A DNA stretch of 64,000 bases from an uncultured Chloroflexia bacterium (GTDB lineage: Bacteria > Chloroflexota > Anaerolineae > Anaerolineales > UBA4823): NCBI GenBank assembly GCA_963840255.1, contig CAWIYB010000005.1, positions 997,843-1,061,842 on the forward strand. Reading direction: 5' to 3'. Position numbers and translations under genes: made by a program. Positions 28,268-38,598 of this stretch are shown piece by piece (position 1 is the stretch's first letter; every line of letters starts with the position of its first letter). The notes below the pieces were generated by a model. The model had not been told where the DNA came from. It saw only the letters and a list, made by a program, of their open reading frames with translations, and did no database searches.

Positions 28268-28791
28268 AAATACACCGCGTGCCTGAGTGGATGAAAATGA
28301 AGCCCTTCATGCCTATACTGTTGGTCCTTCTTTTGCGGCGGGATTGGATAACAAATTGGGGAGGTTGGTACCTGGCTATTTGGCAGATTTATTGGTTTTA
28401 AACCAGGATATGTTTTCCGTCAACCTCATGGGGAAAGCATAAACAAAGCCACTGTCAGTGATGATTGGTGGAAATTAGATAGCGAATAATCTATACTTGA
28501 AGGCTAATGTATAACAAACAGGATGGAGAAATATCCGCGAGTACCGGTATCATTCTAACGTGATTTTCCAGGTAAATTGATTCTTAATCTTATATAAAAA
28601 TACCTCATTTGAAATCTTCCAACCGAGAACTCGAATCCCGTACCAACTGATTAAGGTCGTGGTCGCCGATGTCCAACCAGTAAATGGGCGCTCTGATCTT
28701 TTCTATGTCTTATATCTGGTAAGCAGGCCTGTCCAGAGGGGATAAAGTAGCAATGATATTTGTATTGAACACCAAAATCCCCTTTTCTCTT

Positions 28792-30240
28792 TCATCCTCT
28801 TCTATCGCTAAGGATTTCTCTTTCCGCCCTTCGCAAGATCTGATCCAGTTCCTCGCAGACCGCACCAGGTAGTGGGTCAACAACCGCTTCCTCAAGGATA
28901 CCTGTTACGATTTCCCGTGCTTTGGCGTACATGGATGGCTTGCCAAGTTCGATCCAGGCTTCATATGAATTATGACCTATCAGCTGCGGTGTGTATATCT
29001 CCGTACTCCTGGCTGCTTTGCGTGTGCTCCTGGTACCCAAAAAATGCCCGCCGGGTCCAACATGGGCGATATCTTCAAACAAGTCTTTCTCTGCAGAACA
29101 ATCCACACCTTCTGCCAGGCGCTGACAAAGATGGGCAATCTCGTTATCCACCACGATCTGTTCCAGGATAAGAAGCTGGTCACTTTCAATCTCGCCGAAA
29201 CCCACCAGGAGATCTATACCTACCAACACAGCTGGCAAAGTGGTGATCAGCTTCTCAAGTACTGCTTCAGGACCAGCTTGCCTGGCATCGGAGGTGAACC
29301 CAGCGCCTCCGGTGGGAAAACCGTAGTATTTCCCCATCACCGACAGCGCGGCGGATTGCAGCCCCATCTCGGGCACACCCGCCAAATAAGCTCCGCTGCG
29401 AAAGTCCACCGTGCCGGTGGCGCTGGAATAAATAATCGGCCTGCCAGGGTGGGCCAGCTGGAAGATCACCAGGGAGGATAGCATCTCAGCATTCGCCAGA
29501 GCAATATTCGAGTACAGGCTGGCGGGACCGGTGGTGCCATTGACCGGCATCGGCATGCACATCACCGGCAGCCCAACCTGACCCAGCTCAAGGTAGGCGT
29601 CCAGCATCGGCCCATCATGGGTGAGGGGAGCCACTGGGCAGTAGATGAGGGAATAGGCATTGCTCCTGCGTAACGAATCTTCGCTGCCCAGAATGGCAGA
29701 CAGGCCTTCGACGAGGTAAGGCACCTGCTTCACTGTATGCAGCTCATGCTCGCCGTGTTTGGAGCTATAGCGCGCCATGCAGAAGAACTCATACAAGGCG
29801 CGGATATTCGCCGGCTGATCTTCAGCACATGTGGGTGCCCATGCCATCACCCCCATATCCATCTGCTGAAAGATACGCAAGGCATTCTCGATATCCTTAC
29901 TTGTCCCATAACGCCTCTCGCCGGTATGGAAATCAAGAGCGAAAGCGGCCGTCCCATCGATGCAATAACGGGTATGGGGAGAGGGTAGAGGAAAGTTATA
30001 TTGGGGGTTGCGGGCGCCTAACACGAATGACCGGGGTGCGGTCTTAAGTGCCTGCTTGAGCAGCTCTGGAGGAATTTTGGCAATCCCATCTTCGGGGTTA
30101 ATTTTTACCCCATTTTCTCGTAGGATTTTTGGTGCCTGGTCACCATGAAAGCGGATACCCACTTCTTGTAGGATGCGCAGGCTCATCTTATGAATGCGGT
30201 GTTGCTCATCTTCAGTCAGGATTTGAGCGGTTAATTCCAT
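28792..30240 (-). CDS. MttB-superfamily (trimethylamine methyltransferase-like) protein, non-pyrrolysine, paralog 1
   Basis: Full-length 482 aa with no in-frame TAG. The N-terminus reads IH..SL.IL.EVGI.F and the central region reads PLTHDGP...LELGQVGLPV...PVNGTTGPASL. It is the most divergent of the four. Confidence 0.88.
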   Translation of the reverse strand: MELTAQILTEDEQHRIHKMSLRILQEVGIRFHGDQAPKILRENGVKINPEDGIAKIPPELLKQALKTAPRSFVLGARNPQYNFPLPSPHTRYCIDGTAAFALDFHTGERRYGTSKDIENALRIFQQMDMGVMAWAPTCAEDQPANIRALYEFFCMARYSSKHGEHELHTVKQVPYLVEGLSAILGSEDSLRRSNAYSLIYCPVAPLTHDGPMLDAYLELGQVGLPVMCMPMPVNGTTGPASLYSNIALANAEMLSSLVIFQLAHPGRPIIYSSATGTVDFRSGAYLAGVPEMGLQSAALSVMGKYYGFPTGGAGFTSDARQAGPEAVLEKLITTLPAVLVGIDLLVGFGEIESDQLLILEQIVVDNEIAHLCQRLAEGVDCSAEKDLFEDIAHVGPGGHFLGTRSTRKAARSTEIYTPQLIGHNSYEAWIELGKPSMYAKAREIVTGILEEAVVDPLPGAVCEELDQILRRAEREILSDRRG

Positions 30241-30286
30241 ACTTCCTCCAGGTCATCATGCCGCGGGGATTGATTACTCGGTGACC

Positions 30287-31753
30287 TTATGGGGTAGATT
30301 TCGATTTAGCTTCACTATCCGCAACCGCCAGGATGCGAGTCAGCTCAGATTTTTGGACCTCGTCCAGGGGTGTGGGGTGATGGTTCGCCAGGATCCAGTC
30401 AACCTTCTCACGCGCCACTTCTTGCGGGTCTCGAAAACCACCGGTGGGATTCGGCTGACCGGTCAGGCCTGAGTACTGCCGCTGGCGCAGATGAGTACGG
30501 GTGTGCTTCTGAGCCAAGAAATTACCCCGCGGACCAACTTCCTTTATTACATCCAATGCCAGAGCCTCAGGACTGGTATCCAGGCGGGAGGCTTCAATAC
30601 GTACGCGGTGGTACACATCGGCATCCAGCAAGATCGACTCGGGGTAGAGCAAGGTGCAGGATTCAACCAGACCCAGTCCGCTGCCGGTCTCTGCGCCGGT
30701 GAGCGCACACAACAACAAAGATGATTCGGCCTCAGCAGCCGACTGCCACCCTGGCACCTGGGCGTCGGTACCAAAGATACCAGCCAAGCTGGGCACGCCC
30801 CAGCGATGAGCCATCTCAACTCCGATGGGGTATAGCTGGGAGCCTTCCAGGGTCGAGCTAAGGTAAGCTCCAGTATGGGGATGCATGCTGCCGGGCAGCA
30901 GTGAATGGAAAACCGGCGCCCCCGGATGAGCCATCTGCATCAACACCAGAGCGGAGACAATCTCTGCGTCTCCAATTACCAGAGCGCCTGAGATGGTCGC
31001 CGGACCAGTGGAAGCGATATTGACCATCGACATGAAGCCAACCGGGAGCCCTGCTTCCGCAAAGCACAGGGCAGACTCCAAACCGTCCCGGTCTTGCGCC
31101 AAAGGTGCAATGGTGCAAACCAGCAATGAGAGCGGTGGGCGAGCCCGTCTCACCTGCGTATTGCCAGCGACCACATCCGCCATTTCGATGGCATAGCGAG
31201 CAGTCCACTCACCCATAATCGTCTCGGACTGTACATGTTTCACCGTGTTATTGAAGGAGGCATCCAATTCATGCAGGGGCGCCGTGGCAGGGAAATCCTG
31301 GGCGCTGACAATGGGCCAGTAGAAGCTGAGGGCGCTGAGATAGTCTGAAACACGCGCCATGGTTGCCACATCATCCTTTTTGGACTGCCGCCTTTGACGG
31401 GTGGTGAAATCGATGGTTTCCACCCCACAGCCATCGGTGGCACAGAACATGGTTTTTCCATCCAGTTGCAAATCGAAGGAGAGGAGGCGCGCTCCCATGG
31501 TGTAAAAACGGGGTGCATGGCTCATCGCCTCCAGCACAACCTCACGAGGTAGTTTCACCAACATACGGGTAAAATCGACGGTTGCGCCATGCTCGTTATA
31601 TACCTGCAGGGCTTTTTCCGACGGGCAATGGATACCCACTTGCTCCAATATCTCCATAGTGGCAGTTTGCAGTGTATCCAGCTGGGCATCCTCCAGGATT
31701 TGAGTGTGATAGGCTGGAGTGATCGGTTGAAGGGCAGGGGTATCACTATTCAT
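30287..31753 (-). CDS. MttB-superfamily protein, non-pyrrolysine, paralog 2
   Basis: About 65% identical by eye to paralog 3 (DGCGVETIDF.TRQRR...VKHVQSET.MG...APGAPVFHSL). The ATG at 31753 is preceded by GAGGTGA. The GTG at 31771 in the ORF track would overlap the upstream stop. Confidence 0.9.
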   Translation of the reverse strand: MNSDTPALQPITPAYHTQILEDAQLDTLQTATMEILEQVGIHCPSEKALQVYNEHGATVDFTRMLVKLPREVVLEAMSHAPRFYTMGARLLSFDLQLDGKTMFCATDGCGVETIDFTTRQRRQSKKDDVATMARVSDYLSALSFYWPIVSAQDFPATAPLHELDASFNNTVKHVQSETIMGEWTARYAIEMADVVAGNTQVRRARPPLSLLVCTIAPLAQDRDGLESALCFAEAGLPVGFMSMVNIASTGPATISGALVIGDAEIVSALVLMQMAHPGAPVFHSLLPGSMHPHTGAYLSSTLEGSQLYPIGVEMAHRWGVPSLAGIFGTDAQVPGWQSAAEAESSLLLCALTGAETGSGLGLVESCTLLYPESILLDADVYHRVRIEASRLDTSPEALALDVIKEVGPRGNFLAQKHTRTHLRQRQYSGLTGQPNPTGGFRDPQEVAREKVDWILANHHPTPLDEVQKSELTRILAVADSEAKSKSTP

Positions 31754-31764
31754 GCTAATCACCT

Positions 31765-33231
31765 CTAGCACAATTCTTTATCAGCAGAGGCAAGGATGCG
31801 CACGAGCTCGGCTCGCTTTTCAGGTTCCAACGGCTCTGGCTGGTGGTTCTTGCGGATCCAATCCACTCTTTCGATGGCCACCTGGCGCGGGTCGCGATAT
31901 TTACCATCGTCACCGAGCTGGTGGGTGATGCCTCTCACCAGCGATTCACGTAGGTGGTTACGTGTATGCCTCTGTCCCAGATAGTGACCACCTGGCCCGA
32001 CGGCGTGCACGGTATCAAGGGCAAGCGTGTCTTCATTCACATCCAGGTTCATCAGCTGGTAGCGGGCGCGCTGGTAGAGGTCATCATCCATGATGACCTG
32101 CTCGGGGTAAAGCAGGGTGTAGGTTTCGGAAAGGCCCATGCCGGTGACGATATCCGCACCCGACAGCCCCGCCAAGAATGGGTCTAGCGCCACTTCGCCG
32201 GCCCCCTGCCAGGAGCCCGGTTCATGGGCATCTGTACCATAACAAGCCCCGAGGGAGGCCATACCCCAATGGTGGGCCATCTCCACGGGGGCATAGTGTG
32301 TGCGGCTGTCGAGGGAATAGCTAATGTAGCCGCCCGTACGGGGGTCCACCCATGCCTGCATCAGCGAGTGGAATACCGGTGCTCCAGGGGCGTGCAGCTG
32401 CATCAACACAGCAGCACTGATGATCTCAGCATCACCCATGGCGAATGCTCCAGCCAGAGTGGCAGGGGCTGTGGTACCCAGGGTGGGCATAGCAAGGAAG
32501 CCAACCGGTAAACCAGCTTCGGCCAATACCAAAGCACCTTCGATGCCCGCTGTATCCTGCATCAGGGGGGCGATGGTGCACACCACCAGCGAAAAAGTTG
32601 GCCTTCGGCGCATTTCTTCTTTGCTACCGGCAATTACTTCAGCCATCTCCACTGCGTAGCGGCAAGGGATGGCGCCCATAACCGTCTCACTCTGGACGTG
32701 CTTAACCGAATTGTTCCAGGCGGCATCAATCTCGTGCAGTGGGGCTGTCTCACCATGATCCTGTGCACTGACCATCGGCCAAATAAATCCGATCGAGGGC
32801 AGGTAGTCGGAGATGCGCGCCATGGTGGCTACGTCCGCCTTGCATGATGGGCGTCGTTGGCGGGTTTCAAAGTCAATTGTTTCAACACCACAGCCATCAG
32901 TGGTGAAGTAAGTTACCCCTTCTTCCAGCTGCAGGTCATACGCAGGCTGGCGTGCTCCCAGCTTAAAATACCTGGGGATGGTCGACAGTGCCTTCAGAAC
33001 GAAACCAGGCTGCATTCTGACGATTTGAGATTGCCAATCCACCTGCGCACCGTGTTCGGCGAAGATGGTAAGCGCCTGTTTGGAAGGGAAACGCACCCCG
33101 GTTTTTTCCAATATCTGCAAGGTAGCCTGCTGTAAACTTTCCAGTTGCTCTTTGCTGAGAAACCTCAGGCGATAAGAAGTTCTCAACGGCTCAAGGGGGG
33201 GGTATTGGGTTGGCAAGGATTCATCCTCCAC
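31765..33231 (-). CDS. MttB-superfamily protein, non-pyrrolysine, paralog 3
   Basis: Full length with no internal stop. The start is ambiguous: GTG at 33231, or TTG at 33216 preceded by GGAGGA. Confidence 0.9.
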   Translation of the reverse strand: MEDESLPTQYPPLEPLRTSYRLRFLSKEQLESLQQATLQILEKTGVRFPSKQALTIFAEHGAQVDWQSQIVRMQPGFVLKALSTIPRYFKLGARQPAYDLQLEEGVTYFTTDGCGVETIDFETRQRRPSCKADVATMARISDYLPSIGFIWPMVSAQDHGETAPLHEIDAAWNNSVKHVQSETVMGAIPCRYAVEMAEVIAGSKEEMRRRPTFSLVVCTIAPLMQDTAGIEGALVLAEAGLPVGFLAMPTLGTTAPATLAGAFAMGDAEIISAAVLMQLHAPGAPVFHSLMQAWVDPRTGGYISYSLDSRTHYAPVEMAHHWGMASLGACYGTDAHEPGSWQGAGEVALDPFLAGLSGADIVTGMGLSETYTLLYPEQVIMDDDLYQRARYQLMNLDVNEDTLALDTVHAVGPGGHYLGQRHTRNHLRESLVRGITHQLGDDGKYRDPRQVAIERVDWIRKNHQPEPLEPEKRAELVRILASADKELC

Positions 33232-33292
33232 AAAATGTATTCTTTTCTAGGTTTAGGGTTTACGGTTATTTACTCACGACAATTCTTCATGG

Positions 33293-34723
33293 CTATTCGC
33301 TGATTCGGGCTCGCCTTTCCAGTGTGACCAACTCACGCTCGACATCGTCGGGTAGTGACAAGGGGTGATGATTTGCCAGCTTGTCTAGAACATCCTGATG
33401 AATTTCCTCTAATAAACCGGGGGATCCGGAGCTGATCCACTGCTCATAGCTGCCATGCAACCCGAGATGGCTGTGATACACCTCCCCTGAATGCACAGCC
33501 TGGCGAGTGGATTTGTGTGCCAGGTAATTCCCGCCGTGTCCCACTGCAGCGATCACCTCGACCAACCAGCTATCCGTATGGCTGAGAATCCCCACGCTAA
33601 GGCGTTTACAGCGCTGGATGACTTCAACATCGATCAATAGCTGCTCGGGGCTGAATATGGTGGAGCCTCCGAGCAGACCCGGAGCAACAAGCAGGTCTGG
33701 CCGCGCCAGGATGGGCAGAGAATAGTTCAAAGCGCGCTCATACTCGGCCTGGAGGCAGGGGATATAATGATCAGATCCACCCACGCTAGATTCGACCGGG
33801 AGCTTGTACATCCTTGCGATTTGAGTGACCGCCGCACCCAGGAGAGAATGCTCTACTTCACCGCTTCCGAACCTACCCGAGCGCATGTCTGCAATGACTG
33901 GAGCAGCTGCGTAAATAAATGGCGTGCCCGGCGAAGCCGACTCTGCGAGGCACAGCATGGCGAGGGTCTCGCAATTGGCCAATACCAGTTCAGAAATCAA
34001 GGTAGCAGGGCCAGATATGCCCAATAGCGGCATGGTCATCACCGCCAATGGGATGCCCCAACCGAGAGTCTCCAGGTAGGCATCGGTGTAAGCACCTTCG
34101 ATGATCAATGGGGAGGCCGGGCATACGATGAACGAAATAGGTAGGGTTTGCTTGAACCCCTCCCGACCGCCAAACACCACCTGAAACACCTCCAGCATCC
34201 AGCGGCTTTCTTCAGGAGTCACAGTGGCATCCTGCACGTGCTTGGAGAAATTCTGGAAAACCGCTTTCCAGTAGGCAACGATGTCTCCTGGAGTATGCCC
34301 CCAACATCCTTCGATCACGCTCCAATACACATCGATTTCATCCAGGCAGTCACCCAAACGAGTGGCCAGATACCAATCTTCTAAAGTCGCCTGTCGGCGG
34401 GATTCGTTTTGCGCGTCATAGGTGTAGATAGCGCCGCCATCCAGAACCACACCACAATCCCCGCGGTTCATTGTAAGTGACTTACCCTGGCGACGAGAGC
34501 CCAGGTTGAATTCTTTGGGAGCCTGGTTGAGACATTTTTCTACCAGACCGCGCGGAAAGCGAACGATATGTGCAGTTCCATCAACGATTGCACCGGCCTG
34601 CTGTAGGTAAGCTCGACCGCGCCCGCTGTCCACCCGCACACCCGTTTCAGACAGGATCTTCAAAGTTTCTTCATGAATGCGGCTGCATTCGTCAGCTGAC
34701 AATACTTGCAACAAGGTCTCCAT
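33293..34723 (-). CDS. MttB-superfamily protein, non-pyrrolysine, paralog 4
   Basis: Full-length 476 aa. Its ATG overlaps the stop of the upstream permease gene (TAATG, 34721-34725). Confidence 0.9.
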   Translation of the reverse strand: METLLQVLSADECSRIHEETLKILSETGVRVDSGRGRAYLQQAGAIVDGTAHIVRFPRGLVEKCLNQAPKEFNLGSRRQGKSLTMNRGDCGVVLDGGAIYTYDAQNESRRQATLEDWYLATRLGDCLDEIDVYWSVIEGCWGHTPGDIVAYWKAVFQNFSKHVQDATVTPEESRWMLEVFQVVFGGREGFKQTLPISFIVCPASPLIIEGAYTDAYLETLGWGIPLAVMTMPLLGISGPATLISELVLANCETLAMLCLAESASPGTPFIYAAAPVIADMRSGRFGSGEVEHSLLGAAVTQIARMYKLPVESSVGGSDHYIPCLQAEYERALNYSLPILARPDLLVAPGLLGGSTIFSPEQLLIDVEVIQRCKRLSVGILSHTDSWLVEVIAAVGHGGNYLAHKSTRQAVHSGEVYHSHLGLHGSYEQWISSGSPGLLEEIHQDVLDKLANHHPLSLPDDVERELVTLERRARISE

Positions 34724-35637
34724 TAGACCTCCCCGATTTTTTGTAATACTTTATACGGATCAAATGCATCACGCAGTCCGTCGCCAATGTAATTAATGGA
34801 AATAACCGATAGGAAGATCATCATGCCGGGGAAAATCGCCAGCCAGGGATATTTAATCATATGATCCTGCGCCCCACTGAGCAAGTTGCCCCAGGAAGGG
34901 GTGGGTGGTTGAATGCCAAACCCCAGATAACTCAACCCCGACTCTTCCAGAATGGCATAAGCCACTTCCAGGGTGGCTTCCACGATGACCGGTCCGATGG
35001 CGTTGGGAAAAATGTGTACGGCGATGATGCGAAAACTGTTCGCCCCCAAAGCGCGCGTCGCAGTGACGAAATCCATCTCACGGATCGCCAGATAAGATGC
35101 GCGCACCAGGCGGGCGACAAACATCCATGATAATAAACCGATGACTGCTGCAATGGTCAGCACCGGGTTGCTTTTTAAAAACGGCGCATCCACCTCACGC
35201 AATATGGCACTTAATAAGATCAACACCAACAGTGAAGGCAGAGCCAAAGCTGCGTCGGTGATGCGCATCAGGATGTTATCCAACCGCCCACCGAAATAAC
35301 CGGCAATCGCCCCTACGGGCACGCCAATCACCAATGTGATTACCATGACCGAGAAGCCTACTGCAAGGGAAACCCTGCCACCATACAATACGCGAGTCAG
35401 CAGATCTCGCCCCAGGGCATCCGTCCCCATTGGATGAGAGAAGGAAGGCGGCTGGTACCGTTCAGTCATATCCCGCTTCTCTGGATCGTAAGGCGAAAGA
35501 CCAGCAAAGGTCACTGCCAGGATGATGCAGCTCAACACAATTGTACCCATGATTGCGCCTGGATGCTTGCGGAAGCGCCTCCAGATGAGACTGCGCATAG
35601 TTTCTGGCTTTGATAATCGAATCGCGATCTCAGTCAT
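34723..35637 (-). CDS. ABC transporter permease, OppC/DppC-like
   Basis: N-terminal OppC-type region plus a BPD_transp_1 core (EAA-loop region ATRALGANSFRII). The ATG at 35637 overlaps the upstream permease stop by 8 nt. Confidence 0.9.
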   Translation of the reverse strand: MTEIAIRLSKPETMRSLIWRRFRKHPGAIMGTIVLSCIILAVTFAGLSPYDPEKRDMTERYQPPSFSHPMGTDALGRDLLTRVLYGGRVSLAVGFSVMVITLVIGVPVGAIAGYFGGRLDNILMRITDAALALPSLLVLILLSAILREVDAPFLKSNPVLTIAAVIGLLSWMFVARLVRASYLAIREMDFVTATRALGANSFRIIAVHIFPNAIGPVIVEATLEVAYAILEESGLSYLGFGIQPPTPSWGNLLSGAQDHMIKYPWLAIFPGMMIFLSVISINYIGDGLRDAFDPYKVLQKIGEV

Positions 35638-36727
35638 AATGTATGCGCGGGTCCAATCTGGCATACACAACGTCAGCCAGCAAGTTAGAAATGATCACGA
35701 CAACCGTCCCAAGGGTTAAGATCGCCATCAGCAGTGGATAATCTCGATCTAGCGCAGCCTGGTAATATAACCGGCCCATCCCGGGCCAGGAGAAGAGGAT
35801 CTCCACGTACAGGGAGCCGGCAAATATATATGGCAGGTCCAGGGCAAATATCGTCACCAGGGGAAGAAGAGCATTACGCAGGGCATGTTTGAATAATACA
35901 TTCCGTTCTTGTAAACCTTTGGCGCGGGCGGTTCGGATATAATCCTGGTGAATTACATCCAACATACTGGAACGTAGAAACCTTGAATACCAGGTGACCC
36001 AGCCTACCACGCCCATGGTGACCGGCAAGATCAGATGCTTGGTCCAGTCGATGAGCGAAAAGCCCATCCCCAAAGAGTACATACCCCCGCCGGGCAACAG
36101 TGGTTCTCCGTTCAGCGGGTTTTTCAGCAATCCATAAAAAACCAAGATCAATATCAGACCCAGCCAGAACTCTGGGATTGCCTGTCCAATAAATGATAAT
36201 GTAGTGACTGTGATATCGAAAATCGAGTACTGCTTCACCGCTGAAAGAACTCCAACAGGTATGGCGATGATTGCCACAACGATCAGGGTCACCGACATCA
36301 GGTAAACGGTATTTTTTAGATAACTACCGATCGTATCAGTGACTGGTTTACGGGTGCGGAAAGAAATCCCAAAATCGCCGCGTAAGATGCCTTTCGCCTG
36401 CCCAGGACTATCAGAATTCAAGTAAGTACGAGGATCTAAACATTGAATTATTGGAGTAAAAATTCCCGCTTTTGGCGCGGCAATTTGTTCCACCGGGCGG
36501 GTCCAATCATTTCCTATCAGCCAATACACATATTGAACGCAGATGGGTCTATCCAATCCAAATTGGTGCTTAAGCATCGCGGCTTGTTCAGGACGCATTG
36601 TGCGTGATAACCCCCTACCTGCCAGTGGGCCACCAGGTGCCAGATTGACTAGTGCAAACAAGACGATGCTGACGATGAACATCAGCGGAATTGCCTGCAA
36701 GAGCCTTCTGATTACATAGTAGCCCAC
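35630..36727 (-). CDS. ABC transporter permease, OppB/DppB-like
   Basis: N-terminus MGYYVIRRLLQAIPLMFIVSIVLFAL and EAA-loop region YIRTARAKGLQERNVLFKHALRNAL. Confidence 0.92.
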   Translation of the reverse strand: MGYYVIRRLLQAIPLMFIVSIVLFALVNLAPGGPLAGRGLSRTMRPEQAAMLKHQFGLDRPICVQYVYWLIGNDWTRPVEQIAAPKAGIFTPIIQCLDPRTYLNSDSPGQAKGILRGDFGISFRTRKPVTDTIGSYLKNTVYLMSVTLIVVAIIAIPVGVLSAVKQYSIFDITVTTLSFIGQAIPEFWLGLILILVFYGLLKNPLNGEPLLPGGGMYSLGMGFSLIDWTKHLILPVTMGVVGWVTWYSRFLRSSMLDVIHQDYIRTARAKGLQERNVLFKHALRNALLPLVTIFALDLPYIFAGSLYVEILFSWPGMGRLYYQAALDRDYPLLMAILTLGTVVVIISNLLADVVYARLDPRIHYD

Positions 36728-36770
36728 TAATCCTCCATCTTACCCGAATTCAAAACCATTAAACTTACAA

Positions 36771-38546
36771 TTACTTCAAAGTCCAATCCGCTGCATTCCA
36801 GGTTACAAGGTCATTGGGGTTCGATTGAACACCTTGTAGACGTGTGGTATGGGTATTGGCATCGATAGTGGTGAAGAGTAACAGCTCGGGTACCTCTTGA
36901 TCCAGAATCTTAGCCATTTGGCAGAATACATCCTGGCGTGTAGCTTCATCCAGTGTATATGCCTGGCTGATCAGATCATCGACCTGTGTGTTCATGTAAC
37001 GCCCATAGTTATAACCTGTGTCAGGAACAGCTGCTTCGCTGGAATAATAGCTCCACAAGAAATCAGTCGGATCGCTTCCACCATATCCATCGTCCCAGAT
37101 ATCGATATCAAAATTGCCATTCTGTTCAATCCCGCCGTCGGTTGAGGCAGCCCAAAGCACACTGCCTTCCACCACGCTGAGGTCGAGACTGATCCCAATA
37201 TTTGCCAGATCCTCGGCGATGAACTGCTGGGTCAACTCCAATGACTCGCCATACTCGCCATAAGTAATGAATTCCATCTCCATCTTATAGCCTTCGGGAG
37301 CTCCGGTGGTACAACCGTGGCATTCACGTATACTATCTCCGTCCTGATCAATCCAGCCGGCTTCTTCCAGTAATGTAGCTGCGGCTATTGGATCGTAAAC
37401 CGGTCCCGGGATATCACAGGTATTGTACGGAGGTCGGAAGAATTCAGTCCAGGTGGGGACGACATAACCGAGGAAGAATTCCTTCGAAATGGTTTCCACG
37501 TCGATCGCCATGCGTACAGCCTGGCGTACGCGCACATCCGAGAACACCGGATGAGGTGTGGCTGCCGGATCGGTTGTGCCTTTAGCTGCCAGATTAAAGA
37601 AGATACGCATGACCCATCGGTTGTAGGGGCTCATGCTCACCTCAACATCAGGCTGATTTTGTAACTCAGCAATGATCGGCTCAGTCGTCCACATATCCAG
37701 GTCAGCATCACCTTTTAGCAGCATTTGTTTGCGCACGGTCTCGTCAGGGATGACGCGCACAATTATCTCATCGATGACAGGTTTGCCCGGCTCGAAGTAA
37801 TTGGGGTTTCGTGCAAAGGTCATGTGGTCACCGAGAACCCATTCCGTTAGCGTATATGGACCATCGCTCAAAGGATTGGAAGCACAGTCCCATTGGGTGA
37901 ACCCTTGCGATGCATCACAATAATGAGCCGGCCAGATGGCCATCTGCTCACCGCCAAATTGGGTCAGATAACCCGGGTAGATGGTGTTGTAATGCACCAC
38001 CACCGTGGTGCCATCGATTTTTTCAACCCCATCGATATAATCAATCCCCTGGATCCAGGCACCTTTCTCCGGGTCTACCAAGGCGTCATAGGTGAAGACT
38101 ACATCATCGACAGTGACTGGCGTACCATCCGACCATAGAATATCGCTCCTCAGTTTCCAGGTTACATCCATGGTCCCATTGACATCATCAACAACAACTC
38201 CACCATTGTCTATAGTTGGAAGCTCGGCAGCTAATTCAGGATAGGGATTCCCGTTCGCATCCAGGTCCGCCAATCCTAATAGCACCAGTTTCATGACCAG
38301 TGAGTCATAACCTGTATCGGTAATGGTGGGGTTAAACGATGGCGGATCTTCAGCGATGACGATCACGATCTGGCTTTTCGCTGGGAGAGGTGTGGGAGCG
38401 ACCGTGTCTGTTGGTGCTGCTATTGTCTCTCCCGTCACCGGTTGATCTACGGCAGGCACACCTGTACTTTTTGCACACGCAGAAACTAGTATCGCAAATA
38501 TAAGTAAAATAGTTAATCTTGGTAAACACATTGATTTCATATTCAT
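36771..38546 (-). CDS. ABC transporter substrate-binding lipoprotein, family 5 (peptide/nickel/opine type)
   Basis: Lipobox VSAC with a Pro/Thr linker. The length of about 590 aa and the overall pattern are typical of family-5 SBPs. Confidence 0.88.
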   Translation of the reverse strand: MNMKSMCLPRLTILLIFAILVSACAKSTGVPAVDQPVTGETIAAPTDTVAPTPLPAKSQIVIVIAEDPPSFNPTITDTGYDSLVMKLVLLGLADLDANGNPYPELAAELPTIDNGGVVVDDVNGTMDVTWKLRSDILWSDGTPVTVDDVVFTYDALVDPEKGAWIQGIDYIDGVEKIDGTTVVVHYNTIYPGYLTQFGGEQMAIWPAHYCDASQGFTQWDCASNPLSDGPYTLTEWVLGDHMTFARNPNYFEPGKPVIDEIIVRVIPDETVRKQMLLKGDADLDMWTTEPIIAELQNQPDVEVSMSPYNRWVMRIFFNLAAKGTTDPAATPHPVFSDVRVRQAVRMAIDVETISKEFFLGYVVPTWTEFFRPPYNTCDIPGPVYDPIAAATLLEEAGWIDQDGDSIRECHGCTTGAPEGYKMEMEFITYGEYGESLELTQQFIAEDLANIGISLDLSVVEGSVLWAASTDGGIEQNGNFDIDIWDDGYGGSDPTDFLWSYYSSEAAVPDTGYNYGRYMNTQVDDLISQAYTLDEATRQDVFCQMAKILDQEVPELLLFTTIDANTHTTRLQGVQSNPNDLVTWNAADWTLK

Positions 38547-38598
38547 TTCTCGCGCCTCCTTTCACAAATCTACATATGGTTAGTACGCCCCTGTGAAG

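Noticed and set aside
28792-34723. Pyrrolysine (in-frame TAG) recoding in the MttB genes
   Set aside because: All four ORFs are uninterrupted and full length (476-494 aa) with no internal TAG, and no pylTSBCD genes are visible. They are non-Pyl members of the superfamily.
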